From: a candidate division FCPU426 bacterium
GTDB taxonomy: Bacteria > Oederibacteriota > JAAXVQ01 > JAUVAV01
Length of the DNA stretch: 64,000 nt
Direction: 5' to 3'
NCBI GenBank assembly: GCA_040756875.1
Contig: JBFLYH010000002.1
Coordinates: 735,078 to 799,077, forward strand
The position numbers and the translations under genes are program-made. Under the pieces are notes generated by a model, which was not told where the DNA came from, did not search any database, and worked only from the letters and a program-made list of their open reading frames with translations. Below, piece after piece: positions 27,650 to 37,652 of the stretch; positions within the stretch are counted from its first letter, which is position 1, and each line of letters starts with the position of its first letter.

Positions 27650-28078
27650 TCAAACACTTGTGGCAGATAATACTTTGTAAATACACTGGTTTTGTACGAC
27701 CTTGAGCCCAGCGGCCTCGGCTCGCTGGGCGGCTTCGGGGTGGGAAATGCCTTCCTGCATCCATACGATCTTACAGCCAAGCGTGATGGCCTCATCCACG
27801 ATCGCGGGCACGGCTTCCGCATTCCGGAAAATATCCACCACATCCACGGCCTGGCCGTAAGCCGTCAGCGACGGATAGGCTTTGCGCCCCAAGATCGCGT
27901 CCGTCGCCGGCCGGATGGGAATCACTTCATAGCCGCGTTCAATCAGGAATTTGGCGATGCGGTGTGATGGCCGGTCCGGAGTGGGCGACAGTCCGACCAC
28001 GGCGATGGTGCGGACGCCTGCCAGCAAGGACGCGGCTTCCCCCGCCGGCGTGGGCAGGCCGCAGGCAAAATCGCTCAT
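27650..28078 (-). CDS. CoA-binding protein (YccU-like)
   Basis: TIAVVGLSPTPDRPS, VDVVDIFR, VWMQEGI. Confidence 0.92.
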   Translation of the reverse strand: MSDFACGLPTPAGEAASLLAGVRTIAVVGLSPTPDRPSHRIAKFLIERGYEVIPIRPATDAILGRKAYPSLTAYGQAVDVVDIFRNAEAVPAIVDEAITLGCKIVWMQEGISHPEAAQRAEAAGLKVVQNQCIYKVLSATSV

Positions 28079-28620
28079 AGCTGGCCGGGCTTGGCCTTCA
28101 GCGCCGCAATGTCCGCCTCGAACACGCTTTTATCCCGGTATCCGACGTAACTCTTGTAAATCCGCCCTTCCTGGTCCAACACCAAGGTGTGCGGAATCCC
28201 GCGCAAGCCCACATACCGGGCGATTTCTTCGCTGCCCCAATAGAGGTCGTAGTTGATCTTCAGCTCCTGGGCAAAGGCTTTTACTTGCTCAGCCGGCGCC
28301 TGGTCGAACGACAGTCCCACCACGGCCATTACATCACGGTGTTCCTGTTGCAGTTCAACAAAGTGGGGAATTTCCATGCGGCAAGGCGGGCACCAGGTGG
28401 CGAACAAATCCAGAATCACGATTTTGCCGCGGTATTGCTTCAACTCCGCGTTCTGGCCGTCCAAGGTGCGCACCGTGAAATCCGGAAAGCGCTGCGTCTC
28501 TTGGGCAGCCGCCGGCTTGCTATCGACATTGCCGGCCGGCCCGGGCTGTTCCGCGCCTTGGCAGCCTGCCAGCCACCAGGCGCCTGCCAACAGGACGGCA
28601 AGCAGAATGTTTCGCTTCAT
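28075..28620 (-). CDS. TlpA/ResA-like thiol-disulfide oxidoreductase (lipoprotein)
   Basis: Lipobox LAGC; FATWCPPCRMEIP; GIPHT. Confidence 0.92.
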   Translation of the reverse strand: MKRNILLAVLLAGAWWLAGCQGAEQPGPAGNVDSKPAAAQETQRFPDFTVRTLDGQNAELKQYRGKIVILDLFATWCPPCRMEIPHFVELQQEHRDVMAVVGLSFDQAPAEQVKAFAQELKINYDLYWGSEEIARYVGLRGIPHTLVLDQEGRIYKSYVGYRDKSVFEADIAALKAKPGQL

Positions 28621-28644
28621 GGGAGTCTCCTTCCTTAACTTTAA

Positions 28645-28809
28645 TTACGCGGCCAGCAGAGCGCCCAGTCCGGCGCCATAAAGCGTGGCCAGCCAGGGCG
28701 AACTCCAAATCGGACAGGCGCCGCTGGCGCAACCGACAAACCGGTATAGGAGGAATCCGGTCCCCGCGCCCAATCCGGCGCCGATGGCGAGTTTCACGAT
28801 CTGAGGCAT
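28645..28809 (-). CDS. Small membrane protein with GCxSGxCPI motif (DUF6132-like), 54 aa
   Basis: Below the ORF-track cutoff. Hand translation: MPQIVKLAIGAGLGAGTGFLLYRFVGCASGACPIWSSPWLATLYGAGLGALLAA. It fills the operon gap and has GGAG upstream. Confidence 0.8.
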   Translation of the reverse strand: MPQIVKLAIGAGLGAGTGFLLYRFVGCASGACPIWSSPWLATLYGAGLGALLAA

Positions 28810-28818
28810 GCCTGCTCC

Positions 28819-29142
28819 TTACTTTTTGGCCAATGCCTGGTCGATTTCGGACAACAGCAGGGGTTTGGGGCGCAAGCCCACCCAGCTAGCCAGCCGTTTG
28901 CCGCCGGAAAACAGCAGCAGCGTGGGAATGCTCATAATGGTAAACCGTTCGGCCAATTCCTGGGCGCGGTCCACATTGACTTTCACAATCTTGACCCCTG
29001 GCCGCTCTCGGGCGATTTCTTCCAAAATCGGAGCCACCATGCGGCAAGGCGCGCACCAGTCGGCGTAAAAATCGACCAAAATCGTGCCCGCTGCCTGCTC
29101 TACTTCCTGGGTAAACTGTTCGCTGGTTATGTCGACGGCCAT
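28819..29142 (-). CDS. trxA: Thioredoxin
   Basis: VDFYADWCAPCRM, MSIPTLLLF; AGGAGG upstream. Confidence 0.95.
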   Translation of the reverse strand: MAVDITSEQFTQEVEQAAGTILVDFYADWCAPCRMVAPILEEIARERPGVKIVKVNVDRAQELAERFTIMSIPTLLLFSGGKRLASWVGLRPKPLLLSEIDQALAKK

Positions 29143-29203
29143 TTCCAATCCTCCTCGCCATGATGAGTGATCCTGCTTCCGGGTGCGGGATTCCCCGTCC
29201 CGG

Positions 29204-29515
29204 CTAGGATTCTGAGTTCGCGACCCACTGGCACAGCATTTCCAGCAACTGCTTGACCTGAGGGTCAGTCACCTGATAGCAAATCTGCTTTCCCCGGCGT
29301 TGGGCGCTCACCAGTCCGGCCCGCCGCAGCCGGTGAAGGTGCTGCGACGCCAGAGGCTGGCTGATGCGCAATTGCCGCCAGATCTTGTCCACGTGGCATT
29401 CCTGCTGGCACAAACCGAGCAGCATCTGCAGGCGAACCGGGTGCGCCATAGCCCTCATTTTTTCCGCCAGCCGCACCTGCACCTGGCGGCGGGTGGTCTT
29501 CTCGTTAGGTTTCAT
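29204..29515 (-). CDS. ArsR/SmtB family transcriptional regulator
   Basis: MAHPVRLQML...ECHV...ISQPLASQHL..LRRAGLV...RRGKQICY. Confidence 0.93.
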   Translation of the reverse strand: MKPNEKTTRRQVQVRLAEKMRAMAHPVRLQMLLGLCQQECHVDKIWRQLRISQPLASQHLHRLRRAGLVSAQRRGKQICYQVTDPQVKQLLEMLCQWVANSES

Positions 29516-29519
29516 GGTT

Positions 29520-29551
29520 ATTATATAACATATTGTTTATATAATTGTCAA
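29520..29551 (-). promoter_or_regulatory. Promoter and inverted-repeat operator upstream of arsR
   Basis: Inverted repeat ATTATATAA-8 nt-TTATATAAT (29520-29545) overlapping a minus-strand TTGACA (29551-29546). Confidence 0.75.
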
Positions 29552-29559
29552 CGAATATT

Positions 29560-31290
29560 TTAGGCGTGGCGGGCCCGCAGGAGGGCTTCCACCTCTCCGG
29601 CTGTGGACAGGCGCAGGCTCGCGGCCGCCAATTCACGGCAGGCATCCAGGTGCAACCGGGTAATGGCCTGGGCCAGGTCGGGCAATAATACGGGCGCTAC
29701 AGAGAATTCGCGGTATCCCAGCCCCAGCAGAAGCGGAAGGTAGCGGGGGTCTCCGGCGATTTCCCCACAGATGCTGATGGTCTTCCCGGCTGCGGCCGCG
29801 GCCTGGGCCAGGCGGTTAAGCAGGGAAAGAATCACCGGCGCCGTGGAGCGGTAGTACGGCTGCAGCCGCTCGGAGGTGCGGTCCGCCACCATCACGTACT
29901 GCACCAGGTCGTTGGTGCCGACCGAAAGGAAGTCAGCTTCCGGCAACAGAATCTCCGGAAGCACGGCCGCGGCCGGCGTTTCGATCATGGCGCCGACCGG
30001 CACCTTCGGATCGTGCGGCACCTTGGCTGCCGACAGGATTTGTATTTGTTCGGCCACGAGCGTGCGTACCTGGCGCAATTCCTCCACGCCGCTGACCATG
30101 GGCAGCAGGATGCGGGCCGGGCCGTGGGCGCCGGCCCGCAGGATGGCGCGCAACTGGGCGGCGAAGACTTTTTGGTAGGCAAGCGACAGGCGCAGGGAAC
30201 GCCATCCCAGCACGCACGTCGGCTGCGGTTCCACGGGGTTTTCGAAGTCAAAATGCTTGTCCTCGCCGATGTCCAAAGTGCGGATGGTCACGGGATGCGG
30301 CGCCATCATTTCCACCACGTGGCGGTACGCCTGATACTGGGCGTCCTCGTTTAAAAATTCTCCCCGATCCATGAATAAAAATTCGGTGCGCAGCAGCCCC
30401 ACACCCAACGCACCCAGCCGGCGGGCTTCCTCGGCTTCAAATTCGCGGGTGAGGTTGGCCGCGAGGATCACTTCGGTGCCGTCCGCGGTGCGAACCGTCT
30501 GGGCAGGACGCTGAGGTTCGGCCGCGCCCTGCCGGACGGAAATATCCTGGCGGGCGGCGGCGATCTCCTTGGCCGTCGGCTCGGTAAGCACCTGCCCGGC
30601 CGTGCCGTCCACCACGACCAGCGTTCCGGCTTGCAGGCGGGTAAGGGCCTGCGGCACACTGACCACGGCCGGCAGTTTGAGGGAACGGGCCAGGATGGCG
30701 GCGTGGGAAGACACTCCGCCATGCTCGGTGATGAAGGCGGCCACGTGCTGGCGGTGAAAATGCACCGTGTCCGACGGCATTAACTCCCTCGCCACCAGGA
30801 TGATCTGTTCCCCTTCGTCCAGGGTGCATTGGCGCTGGTAGGAGATCAAATTGTCCAGAATGCGCCGGCCGATGTCGCGGTAATCGCCGGCCCTTTCCTG
30901 GATATAGGGGTCCGGGATTTTCTGGAAGATCCGGCCGAGGTCCTCGATGACCTCTTCAACCGCAGCCTCCAGATTCACGTTTTTGGTGATCAGCGTTTTT
31001 TCCACCCGGGCGTAAAAAGCGGGATCATCCAGCAACAACCGGTGGGAAGCAAAAATGGCGGCCTCATCCTGCCCCACTTCCTGCTCCACCCGTTCGCGCA
31101 ACTGGCCGATCTGGCGGCGGGAAGCGGCCAGGGCTTCGTCCAGACGCTTAAGCTCGTCGCGCACCTGTTCGGGCTTGATGGCGTAACGAGGAATCGCTTC
31201 AGGATCGTTCCAGAAGCAAACACGTCCCACGGCCAATCCGGGCGAAGCGGGGATGCCGAGAATGAGGCCCGGCTTCTCGCTGATGCTCAC
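29560..31290 (-). CDS. ptsI: Phosphoenolpyruvate-protein phosphotransferase (PTS enzyme I)
   Basis: GGVSSHAAILARS (phospho-His), GVGLLRTEFLFM, IRTLDIG, SVGTNDLVQY, ICGE. Confidence 0.94.
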   Translation of the reverse strand: MSISEKPGLILGIPASPGLAVGRVCFWNDPEAIPRYAIKPEQVRDELKRLDEALAASRRQIGQLRERVEQEVGQDEAAIFASHRLLLDDPAFYARVEKTLITKNVNLEAAVEEVIEDLGRIFQKIPDPYIQERAGDYRDIGRRILDNLISYQRQCTLDEGEQIILVARELMPSDTVHFHRQHVAAFITEHGGVSSHAAILARSLKLPAVVSVPQALTRLQAGTLVVVDGTAGQVLTEPTAKEIAAARQDISVRQGAAEPQRPAQTVRTADGTEVILAANLTREFEAEEARRLGALGVGLLRTEFLFMDRGEFLNEDAQYQAYRHVVEMMAPHPVTIRTLDIGEDKHFDFENPVEPQPTCVLGWRSLRLSLAYQKVFAAQLRAILRAGAHGPARILLPMVSGVEELRQVRTLVAEQIQILSAAKVPHDPKVPVGAMIETPAAAVLPEILLPEADFLSVGTNDLVQYVMVADRTSERLQPYYRSTAPVILSLLNRLAQAAAAAGKTISICGEIAGDPRYLPLLLGLGYREFSVAPVLLPDLAQAITRLHLDACRELAAASLRLSTAGEVEALLRARHA

Positions 31291-31943
31291 AAACCGCCTC
31301 CGGTCACCATGGACAGCACTTTATCCACGAATTGCGGTTCGGGCATGGCACCCTCGAATGAACCCAGTCCCTCCACCACGGTCTTGGGAACGCCCATTAC
31401 CTGTTCCTTGACGGTCAGATACGGAAACTCCGACGATTCGATCATGTCCGCCGTGATCAGCGGACTGGCCACGGCCAGCTGGTGCGCCATGTGCACCGCG
31501 CTCGGGCAGTAGGGGCAGGTCAGGGTGACGAACACCTTCAAATGAATCGGCTTGGTGATGGCGCCGAGTTTCTGCAGCGAAGCCGGCGAGAGGTCCGGTT
31601 TTCCTTGGGCAACCAGTTTGATCGCCGAGAGCAGGGAGGTGAATTCATACCCGGCCGGAACGCCGTAAAATCTCACCCCGTAATCCTGGGTGCCCACCAC
31701 GGCCAGAGCCGGGATTTTATCGATTTTATATTTTTGCACCGCCTCTTTGTCGAGCACGAAGTCGTGAACCTCAAGCTTGACTTTCTGCGGCGCCAGCTGG
31801 GAGATCTCCTCGGCCAACTGGTGGTTCTCCCGGCAGTACTGGCATTCCAATTGCTGCGTAAACACATGCAAGGTCACCGGCTGGGGTAAAGCCTCCAGCA
31901 GGGGTTTCACCTGTTTTTGAACTTCGGAATCCAAGAGCGGCAT
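31287..31943 (-). CDS. Protein disulfide oxidoreductase (double thioredoxin fold, AhpF-NTD/GlrX_arch-like)
   Basis: CQYC and CPYC motifs, FYGVPAGYEFTSL, VMGVPKT. Confidence 0.92.
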   Translation of the reverse strand: MPLLDSEVQKQVKPLLEALPQPVTLHVFTQQLECQYCRENHQLAEEISQLAPQKVKLEVHDFVLDKEAVQKYKIDKIPALAVVGTQDYGVRFYGVPAGYEFTSLLSAIKLVAQGKPDLSPASLQKLGAITKPIHLKVFVTLTCPYCPSAVHMAHQLAVASPLITADMIESSEFPYLTVKEQVMGVPKTVVEGLGSFEGAMPEPQFVDKVLSMVTGGGL

Positions 31944-32043
31944 GGGACACCTCCAGAGAATGTTTTCTTCTGCCTTGCCTGCGGAATGCCACGAAACCTG
32001 AATATCGGCAAGCGCTTCGGCGCCTGACGATTCCGGACGCCTG

Positions 32044-33030
32044 CTAGTCGGGAATGCGCTTAATATAACGGTAGGCGGTCAGCGCGGCTTTGGCGCCTTC
32101 GCCGGCCGCGATGATGATCTGTTTCTCCGGAACCGTGGTGCAATCACCGGCCGCGAACACGCCCGGTCGAGACGTCCGGGCGCGGTCATCCACCCGGATC
32201 TCTCCGTGGGGAGTCAGTTCCACCAAACCCCGACAAAACTCCGTATTGGGAAGCAATCCCACCTCGATGAACACGCCGCGGGCTTCCACGTGCTGTTCAG
32301 GGCCGCCGCCGCGCGGCCGGATAGCCACGCCCGTCACCTTGCCGCCCTCCCCCTCAATGGCGACCAGCTGATGGCCGTCCAGGAGCTTGGCGCGGCCCCG
32401 CACTTGATCAAGCAGGACCGGATCCGCCTGCCAGCCGTCCGCAAAGTTGATCACGGTCACGGGACTATTGAGTTCCAGCATGTCCAGCGCGGCTGAAATC
32501 CCGGAATTGCCGCCGCCGACCACGACCACCGGCAGCCCCTTGAAAAACGGGCCGTCGCAAATCGAACAGAAGGAGACGCCGCGGCCCTGGTATTCTTTTT
32601 CGCCCGGAACGTTCAGCGGACGCTGGCGCTTGCCCGTGGCGATGAGCAGGCTGCGGGCTGAAATCGTGCGGCCGGTGTTGGTCGCAAGCACAAAAAGCGG
32701 TCCCGCCTTCTCTTCCACTGCTGTCACGCTTTCTCCCTGGGCAAGCTTCAGCGGAAAATGCCTGACCTGTTCTGAGAACTTGCTCGCCAGATCCGGCCCG
32801 CTGATATACTGGTACCCCATATAATTTTCCACACCCCCGGTCCACAACACCTGCCCGCCCAGGTCCGGCGTGATCATCACAATTTTCAACTGCTTGCGCA
32901 GGGCATAAACCGCCGCGGTCATGCCCGCGGGTCCGCCCCCCACGATGGCCAGTTCAAAAACCTGATCCTGCTCTTCGCCGGGCTTAAGACCCGCCTCGAC
33001 GGGCAAATCCAGTTTGAACTCCAATGCCAT
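32044..33030 (-). CDS. trxB: Thioredoxin reductase / AhpF C-terminal-like FAD oxidoreductase
   Basis: IVGGGPAG, GRGVSFCSICDG, VVGGGNSG, FAAGD, KQIIIAAGEGAKAA. Confidence 0.92.
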   Translation of the reverse strand: MALEFKLDLPVEAGLKPGEEQDQVFELAIVGGGPAGMTAAVYALRKQLKIVMITPDLGGQVLWTGGVENYMGYQYISGPDLASKFSEQVRHFPLKLAQGESVTAVEEKAGPLFVLATNTGRTISARSLLIATGKRQRPLNVPGEKEYQGRGVSFCSICDGPFFKGLPVVVVGGGNSGISAALDMLELNSPVTVINFADGWQADPVLLDQVRGRAKLLDGHQLVAIEGEGGKVTGVAIRPRGGGPEQHVEARGVFIEVGLLPNTEFCRGLVELTPHGEIRVDDRARTSRPGVFAAGDCTTVPEKQIIIAAGEGAKAALTAYRYIKRIPD

Positions 33031-33205
33031 AAGGCTTCTCCTTGTAAAACGTTCGGCCGTTTAGAAATTTAGACACCGGTGGGCGGCGTTGCATTTGGAT
33101 GAGGGGACACGAAGGTCCCCTGATCGAAGCCAGCGACTCTCTTCTTGAATCTGTTCCGTGCTGTGCTTCCCGCGCTTCTACCTCTCAAAGGCCGTGCAGA
33201 GGGGT

Positions 33206-33766
33206 TCACTCCTGCCAGTGAATAATGAACCTGCAGTAGGGATCTCCTTTGGCCAGACACAAGTCATGTTTTACTTCAACGAGAGTGGCTTTTCCCAAAC
33301 GCATGGCGCCTTCCATCCAACCCACAACTTCCGCTTCGTGGTGCAGGGGGAGCTCCGGGAAATTATGCAGGTGCAATTCAGCCTCGTCGCTGTCCAGGCG
33401 CATCACCCGCATCTCGCCCGTGTCATAATACCGCCGCCAGATCAAATCGCTGCTGCGGATGACCGCCTTGATTGACATCATTTTGAGAAAAGAGCGATAA
33501 ATACCCTGCAAATTTTCTTGGGCATCGAATCCCCCCATGGTCCGGATCCATTGATAATCGCCCTGGCCCAATACCTGGTCAGCCGCAACCAGCAGCCTCC
33601 ACCAAAAACCGTAATCGATCCATTGACTGGACAGCAAGGACTGATTGAGAAGCGCTTGATCTTGAAGGTTTAAACGGTTGGCAATGGCCGTCAACCCTTG
33701 TTCGCCGGCCTGCTGCATGACCAGCTTTCTGAAATTTTGCAAGTGTACGGCTTTAGTTTTACTCAC
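33206..33766 (-). CDS. Hypothetical protein, V4R/DUF2378-like
   Basis: IWRRYYDTG motif and C-terminal CLAKGDPYCRF resembling V4R. Similar to 41525..42073. Confidence 0.6.
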   Translation of the reverse strand: MSKTKAVHLQNFRKLVMQQAGEQGLTAIANRLNLQDQALLNQSLLSSQWIDYGFWWRLLVAADQVLGQGDYQWIRTMGGFDAQENLQGIYRSFLKMMSIKAVIRSSDLIWRRYYDTGEMRVMRLDSDEAELHLHNFPELPLHHEAEVVGWMEGAMRLGKATLVEVKHDLCLAKGDPYCRFIIHWQE

Positions 33767-33874
33767 GGCGTCCCTTTCTGACCGCGACGGTCAAGCGCCA
33801 TTTTCCTATACAGCCGACCTCTCTGCCTAGCAAATAATCGGACTGCCTGGGACTTTTCACAAGGAGTAATGGGC

Positions 33875-33907
33875 AAAAAAAAACGGCCCCGGAAACCGGG
33901 GCCGTTT
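33875..33907 (-). terminator. Rho-independent terminator of the cold-shock gene
   Basis: AAACGGCCCCGG-TTT-CCGGGGCCGTTT followed by a T-run on the minus strand. Confidence 0.88.
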
Positions 33908-33943
33908 GTCTATGGCTTGTTGAATTCGGCTGGAAGCTGGTCT

Positions 33944-34150
33944 TTAGCCGACTTTCTTGACGTTCGCCGCTTGCGCGCCCTTGGGGCCGTTCACGACATC
34001 GAATTCAACCGTTTCGCCCTCGTTCAGAGTGCGAAACCCGTCACCTTGGATGGCGGAAAAATGCACAAACACATCCTTGCCGCCCTCCTGGGCCAAGAAA
34101 CCATAACCCTTAGCCGCGTTGAACCACTTCACCTTACCTTGCACTGCCAT
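33944..34150 (-). CDS. cspA: Cold-shock protein (CspA family)
   Basis: [29 protein letters not shown] upstream. Confidence 0.97.
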   Translation of the reverse strand: MAVQGKVKWFNAAKGYGFLAQEGGKDVFVHFSAIQGDGFRTLNEGETVEFDVVNGPKGAQAANVKKVG

Positions 34151-34420
34151 GAATCACTTTCCTCCTAAAATTAAAATCTAGCCGCGCCGGGCAAACCGGC
34201 GTTTTTCGGCTTAAAAAGACTTTATCACTCTTAAAAACCCAAGTCAACAGTTATTTACATTATTATTGTTTTCCCGGGGTGGAGGTGAAAACCAGCGGAT
34301 TCCTCTCCCTGGCCCCTCGGGGGCCGGGCCGGGACTTGCGGCGTTTCAGGATAAAAAGCTTGTTTTGCAAAATTTTCCGCGCATGGACGGCATTCTCTCT
34401 GCCGTTTGTAGGCCGGATGA

Positions 34421-35521
34421 TCAATTCAGAGTTTGGCGGAAACGGTTGAAACTGCCGGCCACCGCCACCACGGCCAGGACAGCCAGGGCCGCCAGGTTGG
34501 ACCAAAACACCCAGTCGTCCCCGCCCTTGAGCAAAATGTTCCGCATCAGGGTCAGCATATATTTCAACGGGTTCAGATAGGCCACCAGGATCAGGCCGCC
34601 AGGCATGTTCTCGATCGGAAAAAACATGCCCGAGAGCATCAGGGCGGGAAATAAAAACAGGAACGTGGCCATCATGGCCTGCTGCTGGCGCCGTGCGATG
34701 GTGGAGATGAACGTGCCCACGGAAATGGTGGAGCAGACGAACATCAACGCTGCCGCCAGGAACTTCCAGTACGCCCCGCGCATGGGCAGGCCAAAAAGCA
34801 GGACCGCGGCCAGTAGGATCAAATGCACGAGCACCATGGACAGCACCAGAAACGGCAGGGTCTTTCCCAGCAGGATTTCCCAATTCTTGAGCGGCGCCGC
34901 GATCAGGGTTTCGAACGTGCCCAGTTCCTTCTCCCGCACCAGCGCCATGCTGGTCAGGAGCACCGTGATGATGCACAGCAACATGACCATCACGCCGGGC
35001 ACGAGGAAAAACGAGGTTTCCATGGACGGGTTGTACAACATGCGGATGTCAAAAGTCATGGCCGGAACGGGTACTGCCCCGGGCTGCAGGTCCGCGGCCA
35101 CAGCCGCTGCCGTGGCTTGAAGGTAGCGCTCCACGGCGCGGGCGCGCAGGACGTTGGTGGCGTCCACCAGCAGCTGCACTTGCGTCTGGCCGCGCTGGAT
35201 CTGGCGGGTCAAGCCGCCGGTCGGAGCGACCAGCACTGCGTCCGCCTGCCCTGATTGCACCCAAGTGAACGGGTCCTGTCCCGAAACCCGGGCCGGCAGG
35301 AACCAGCGCGAGCTTAGGGCGCGTTCAAACAGGCGCTCCGCCAGGACATCCCCGGGCTGGAAACTCGCGGCCAGACGGATGTTGCGGATCTCGTTGGAAA
35401 TGGCGTACCCGAAAATCGTCAGCTGAATGATGGGCGCAGCGAAAATCAGGATACGCATGCGCGGATCCCTCAGCGTCTGGATGAATTCCTTGCGGATAAA
35501 ACCCTTGATGGTCGCGTTCAT
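34421..35521 (-). CDS. ABC-2 exporter permease (YbhR-like)
   Basis: KEFIQTLRD, YNPSM, REKELGTFETL, LSGMFFPIENMP. Confidence 0.92.
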   Translation of the reverse strand: MNATIKGFIRKEFIQTLRDPRMRILIFAAPIIQLTIFGYAISNEIRNIRLAASFQPGDVLAERLFERALSSRWFLPARVSGQDPFTWVQSGQADAVLVAPTGGLTRQIQRGQTQVQLLVDATNVLRARAVERYLQATAAAVAADLQPGAVPVPAMTFDIRMLYNPSMETSFFLVPGVMVMLLCIITVLLTSMALVREKELGTFETLIAAPLKNWEILLGKTLPFLVLSMVLVHLILLAAVLLFGLPMRGAYWKFLAAALMFVCSTISVGTFISTIARRQQQAMMATFLFLFPALMLSGMFFPIENMPGGLILVAYLNPLKYMLTLMRNILLKGGDDWVFWSNLAALAVLAVVAVAGSFNRFRQTLN

Positions 35522-36669
35522 TTGCCCTCCGTCCGGCCTTTCGCGCGGCGAGGTTCCAGATCGGTCTTAAACGCCCGCAAGGCGCCGGCTACGATCAGCA
35601 GATTGAGCATGGTCAGCATCCCTAAGGGCAGCGCCAATTCAAACACCCCCGCTCCTTTGAGGAAAAGCCCCCGGCTCATGGCCACGAACCAGCGGGGAGG
35701 CAGTACAAAGGTCAGGTATTGGAAAAAAGCCGGCATGCTCTCGATGGGGAAGATGAATCCTGACATCAGCAGAGCCGGAAGCAGGCCGGCGATGAACGAC
35801 AGCTGGACAGCCAGGGTCTGCTGGCGGGCGGCGACGGAAATGAGCAGTCCCTGGGCCAGACACAGCGTCAGGAACAGGATGACGCCCAGCAAGTACAGCA
35901 AATGGCTGCCGCGGAAAGGCACGCCGAATTGCAGCCGGGCCACGAGATAAATGAGCCCGACCGTGATGAGCACCAACCCCAAATAAGGCGCGAGCTTGCC
36001 CAGAATAATTTCCAGCGGCCGCACGGGCGTGGACAGCAGCAGTTCCATGGACCCGGTCTCCCATTCCCGGGCCACGGTCAGTGCCGTTAAAATGATGGAG
36101 AGGATGCCCATCACCACCACAGCCAGCCCGGGGATGACGAACCAATGGCTGTTCAACTCGGGGTTGAACAGGTAGCGGGTGCTGAACGTCAGGGGCGCGC
36201 GCGCAGCCGCTCCGCTCAGCCTGGCGGCTGCGGCTTGCTGGATTCCACCCAGGTAGGACAAAATCAGGCCGGAAGTGGAATTGTCCGCCCCGTCCAGGAG
36301 CACCTGCACCTGGGCCGGACGGCCGGCGCCCAGGTCCTTGCCAAATCCCGGTTCGATGATCAGCACGCCCTTGGTTTTTTCCTGTACCATGCCGGTTTGG
36401 ATTTCCTGTCCGGGAACCGGCGGCAGAAGCCGGAAATAGCCCGAAGCCCGCAGAATTGTGAGCAGCTCCCGCGACGCGCGTGTCGCGTCACGGTCCGCGG
36501 CCACCAGGCGGACTTCCCGCACGTTGAAATCGATGACGTACCCGAAGAATAAAACCATGATCACAGGCAGGCCGAACGCCCAGGCCAGGGTAAACGGATC
36601 GCGCGTGATGTGGCGCACCTCTTTATGGGCGATGGACAGTGCGCGGCTGGGATAAAAACGGCGGCTCAT
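35518..36669 (-). CDS. ABC-2 exporter permease (YbhS-like)
   Basis: KEVRHITRD, FNPELNS, AREWETGSMELL, SGFIFPIESMP. Confidence 0.92.
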   Translation of the reverse strand: MSRRFYPSRALSIAHKEVRHITRDPFTLAWAFGLPVIMVLFFGYVIDFNVREVRLVAADRDATRASRELLTILRASGYFRLLPPVPGQEIQTGMVQEKTKGVLIIEPGFGKDLGAGRPAQVQVLLDGADNSTSGLILSYLGGIQQAAAARLSGAAARAPLTFSTRYLFNPELNSHWFVIPGLAVVVMGILSIILTALTVAREWETGSMELLLSTPVRPLEIILGKLAPYLGLVLITVGLIYLVARLQFGVPFRGSHLLYLLGVILFLTLCLAQGLLISVAARQQTLAVQLSFIAGLLPALLMSGFIFPIESMPAFFQYLTFVLPPRWFVAMSRGLFLKGAGVFELALPLGMLTMLNLLIVAGALRAFKTDLEPRRAKGRTEGK

Positions 36670-37652
36670 GAGCGCCTCCCCCGGCTGCGTGCGGCGCGCC
36701 GCCCGACTGGCCGGTTCTCGGCGGCTGCCGCTGGCTGCTCCACCAGGCGGATAAAGACGTCTTCCAGAGACGGCTGAATCGGACGCATGCGAAAGGTTTT
36801 AGGAATCTGGCGGGCGGTCGTTTTCCAGGCTCGGGGATCAAGCACCAGCACGTGATAGCGCCGGCCATAAGGCTGAATGCGCGCCACTTTTGGGTCAGGC
36901 CGCAGCTGCTCGATGACAGTGCGGGAGGCGCCCAGCGGCGGATCGATTTCCAGCAGAGTTTCTGGAAACGTTTTGGATTTCAGTTGGGCGGGCGTGTCCA
37001 GGGCGATGATCTGGCCGTCGCGCATGAGGGCGATGCGATGGCAGTTTTCCGCCTCATCCAGGTAATGGGTGGTCACAAAAATCGTCTTGCCCGAGCGCGC
37101 CAGTTTGCGGATCAACTCCCAAAACCGGGCGCGCACGGCCGGCGCCACTCCGGCTGTCGGTTCGTCCAGGAAAACAATTTCCGGGTCGTGGAGCAGCGCG
37201 GCCGCCAGGGCGAGCTGTTGCTTGACTCCGCCGGGAAGATCCGACACACGGGTTGTGACCGGAAAGGTGAAGTTCACGAACTCGAACAGCGCCCGGGTCC
37301 GCTGGCGCAGGAGCGCATCGGGCAGCTTCCGCAGGCTGGCGGTGAAAGCCAGGTTTTCAGCCACCGACAGATCGCCGTACAAGGTAAACCGCTGAGACAT
37401 GTATCCAACTTTGTTTTTAATGGCCTGCGGCTGGTCCGTGCAGCTGGTGCCCGCCAGGCAGGCTTCGCCCGAAGTCGGAACCAGCAGTCCGCAGAGCACG
37501 CGGATGGTGGTGGTCTTGCCCGCGCCGTTCGCGCCCAGGAACCCGAAGATTTCCCCGGGGCGGACGGAAAATGAAATGTCGTCCACGGCCGTGAACGCGC
37601 CGAAACGCACAGTCAGGTGCTCTACGGTGACGGCCGGTGCCGCGCTGTTCAT
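36666..37652 (-). CDS. ABC transporter ATP-binding protein
   Basis: GANGAGKTT, LPGG, FLDEPTAG, TTHYLDEAE. Confidence 0.94.
   Translation of the reverse strand: MNSAAPAVTVEHLTVRFGAFTAVDDISFSVRPGEIFGFLGANGAGKTTTIRVLCGLLVPTSGEACLAGTSCTDQPQAIKNKVGYMSQRFTLYGDLSVAENLAFTASLRKLPDALLRQRTRALFEFVNFTFPVTTRVSDLPGGVKQQLALAAALLHDPEIVFLDEPTAGVAPAVRARFWELIRKLARSGKTIFVTTHYLDEAENCHRIALMRDGQIIALDTPAQLKSKTFPETLLEIDPPLGASRTVIEQLRPDPKVARIQPYGRRYHVLVLDPRAWKTTARQIPKTFRMRPIQPSLEDVFIRLVEQPAAAAENRPVGRRAARSRGRRS

Noticed and set aside
33060-33205. Structured intergenic region upstream of trxB as a possible ncRNA
   Set aside because: Only short hairpins (e.g. GGGGAC/GTCCCC), with no RNA family that I can recognise.
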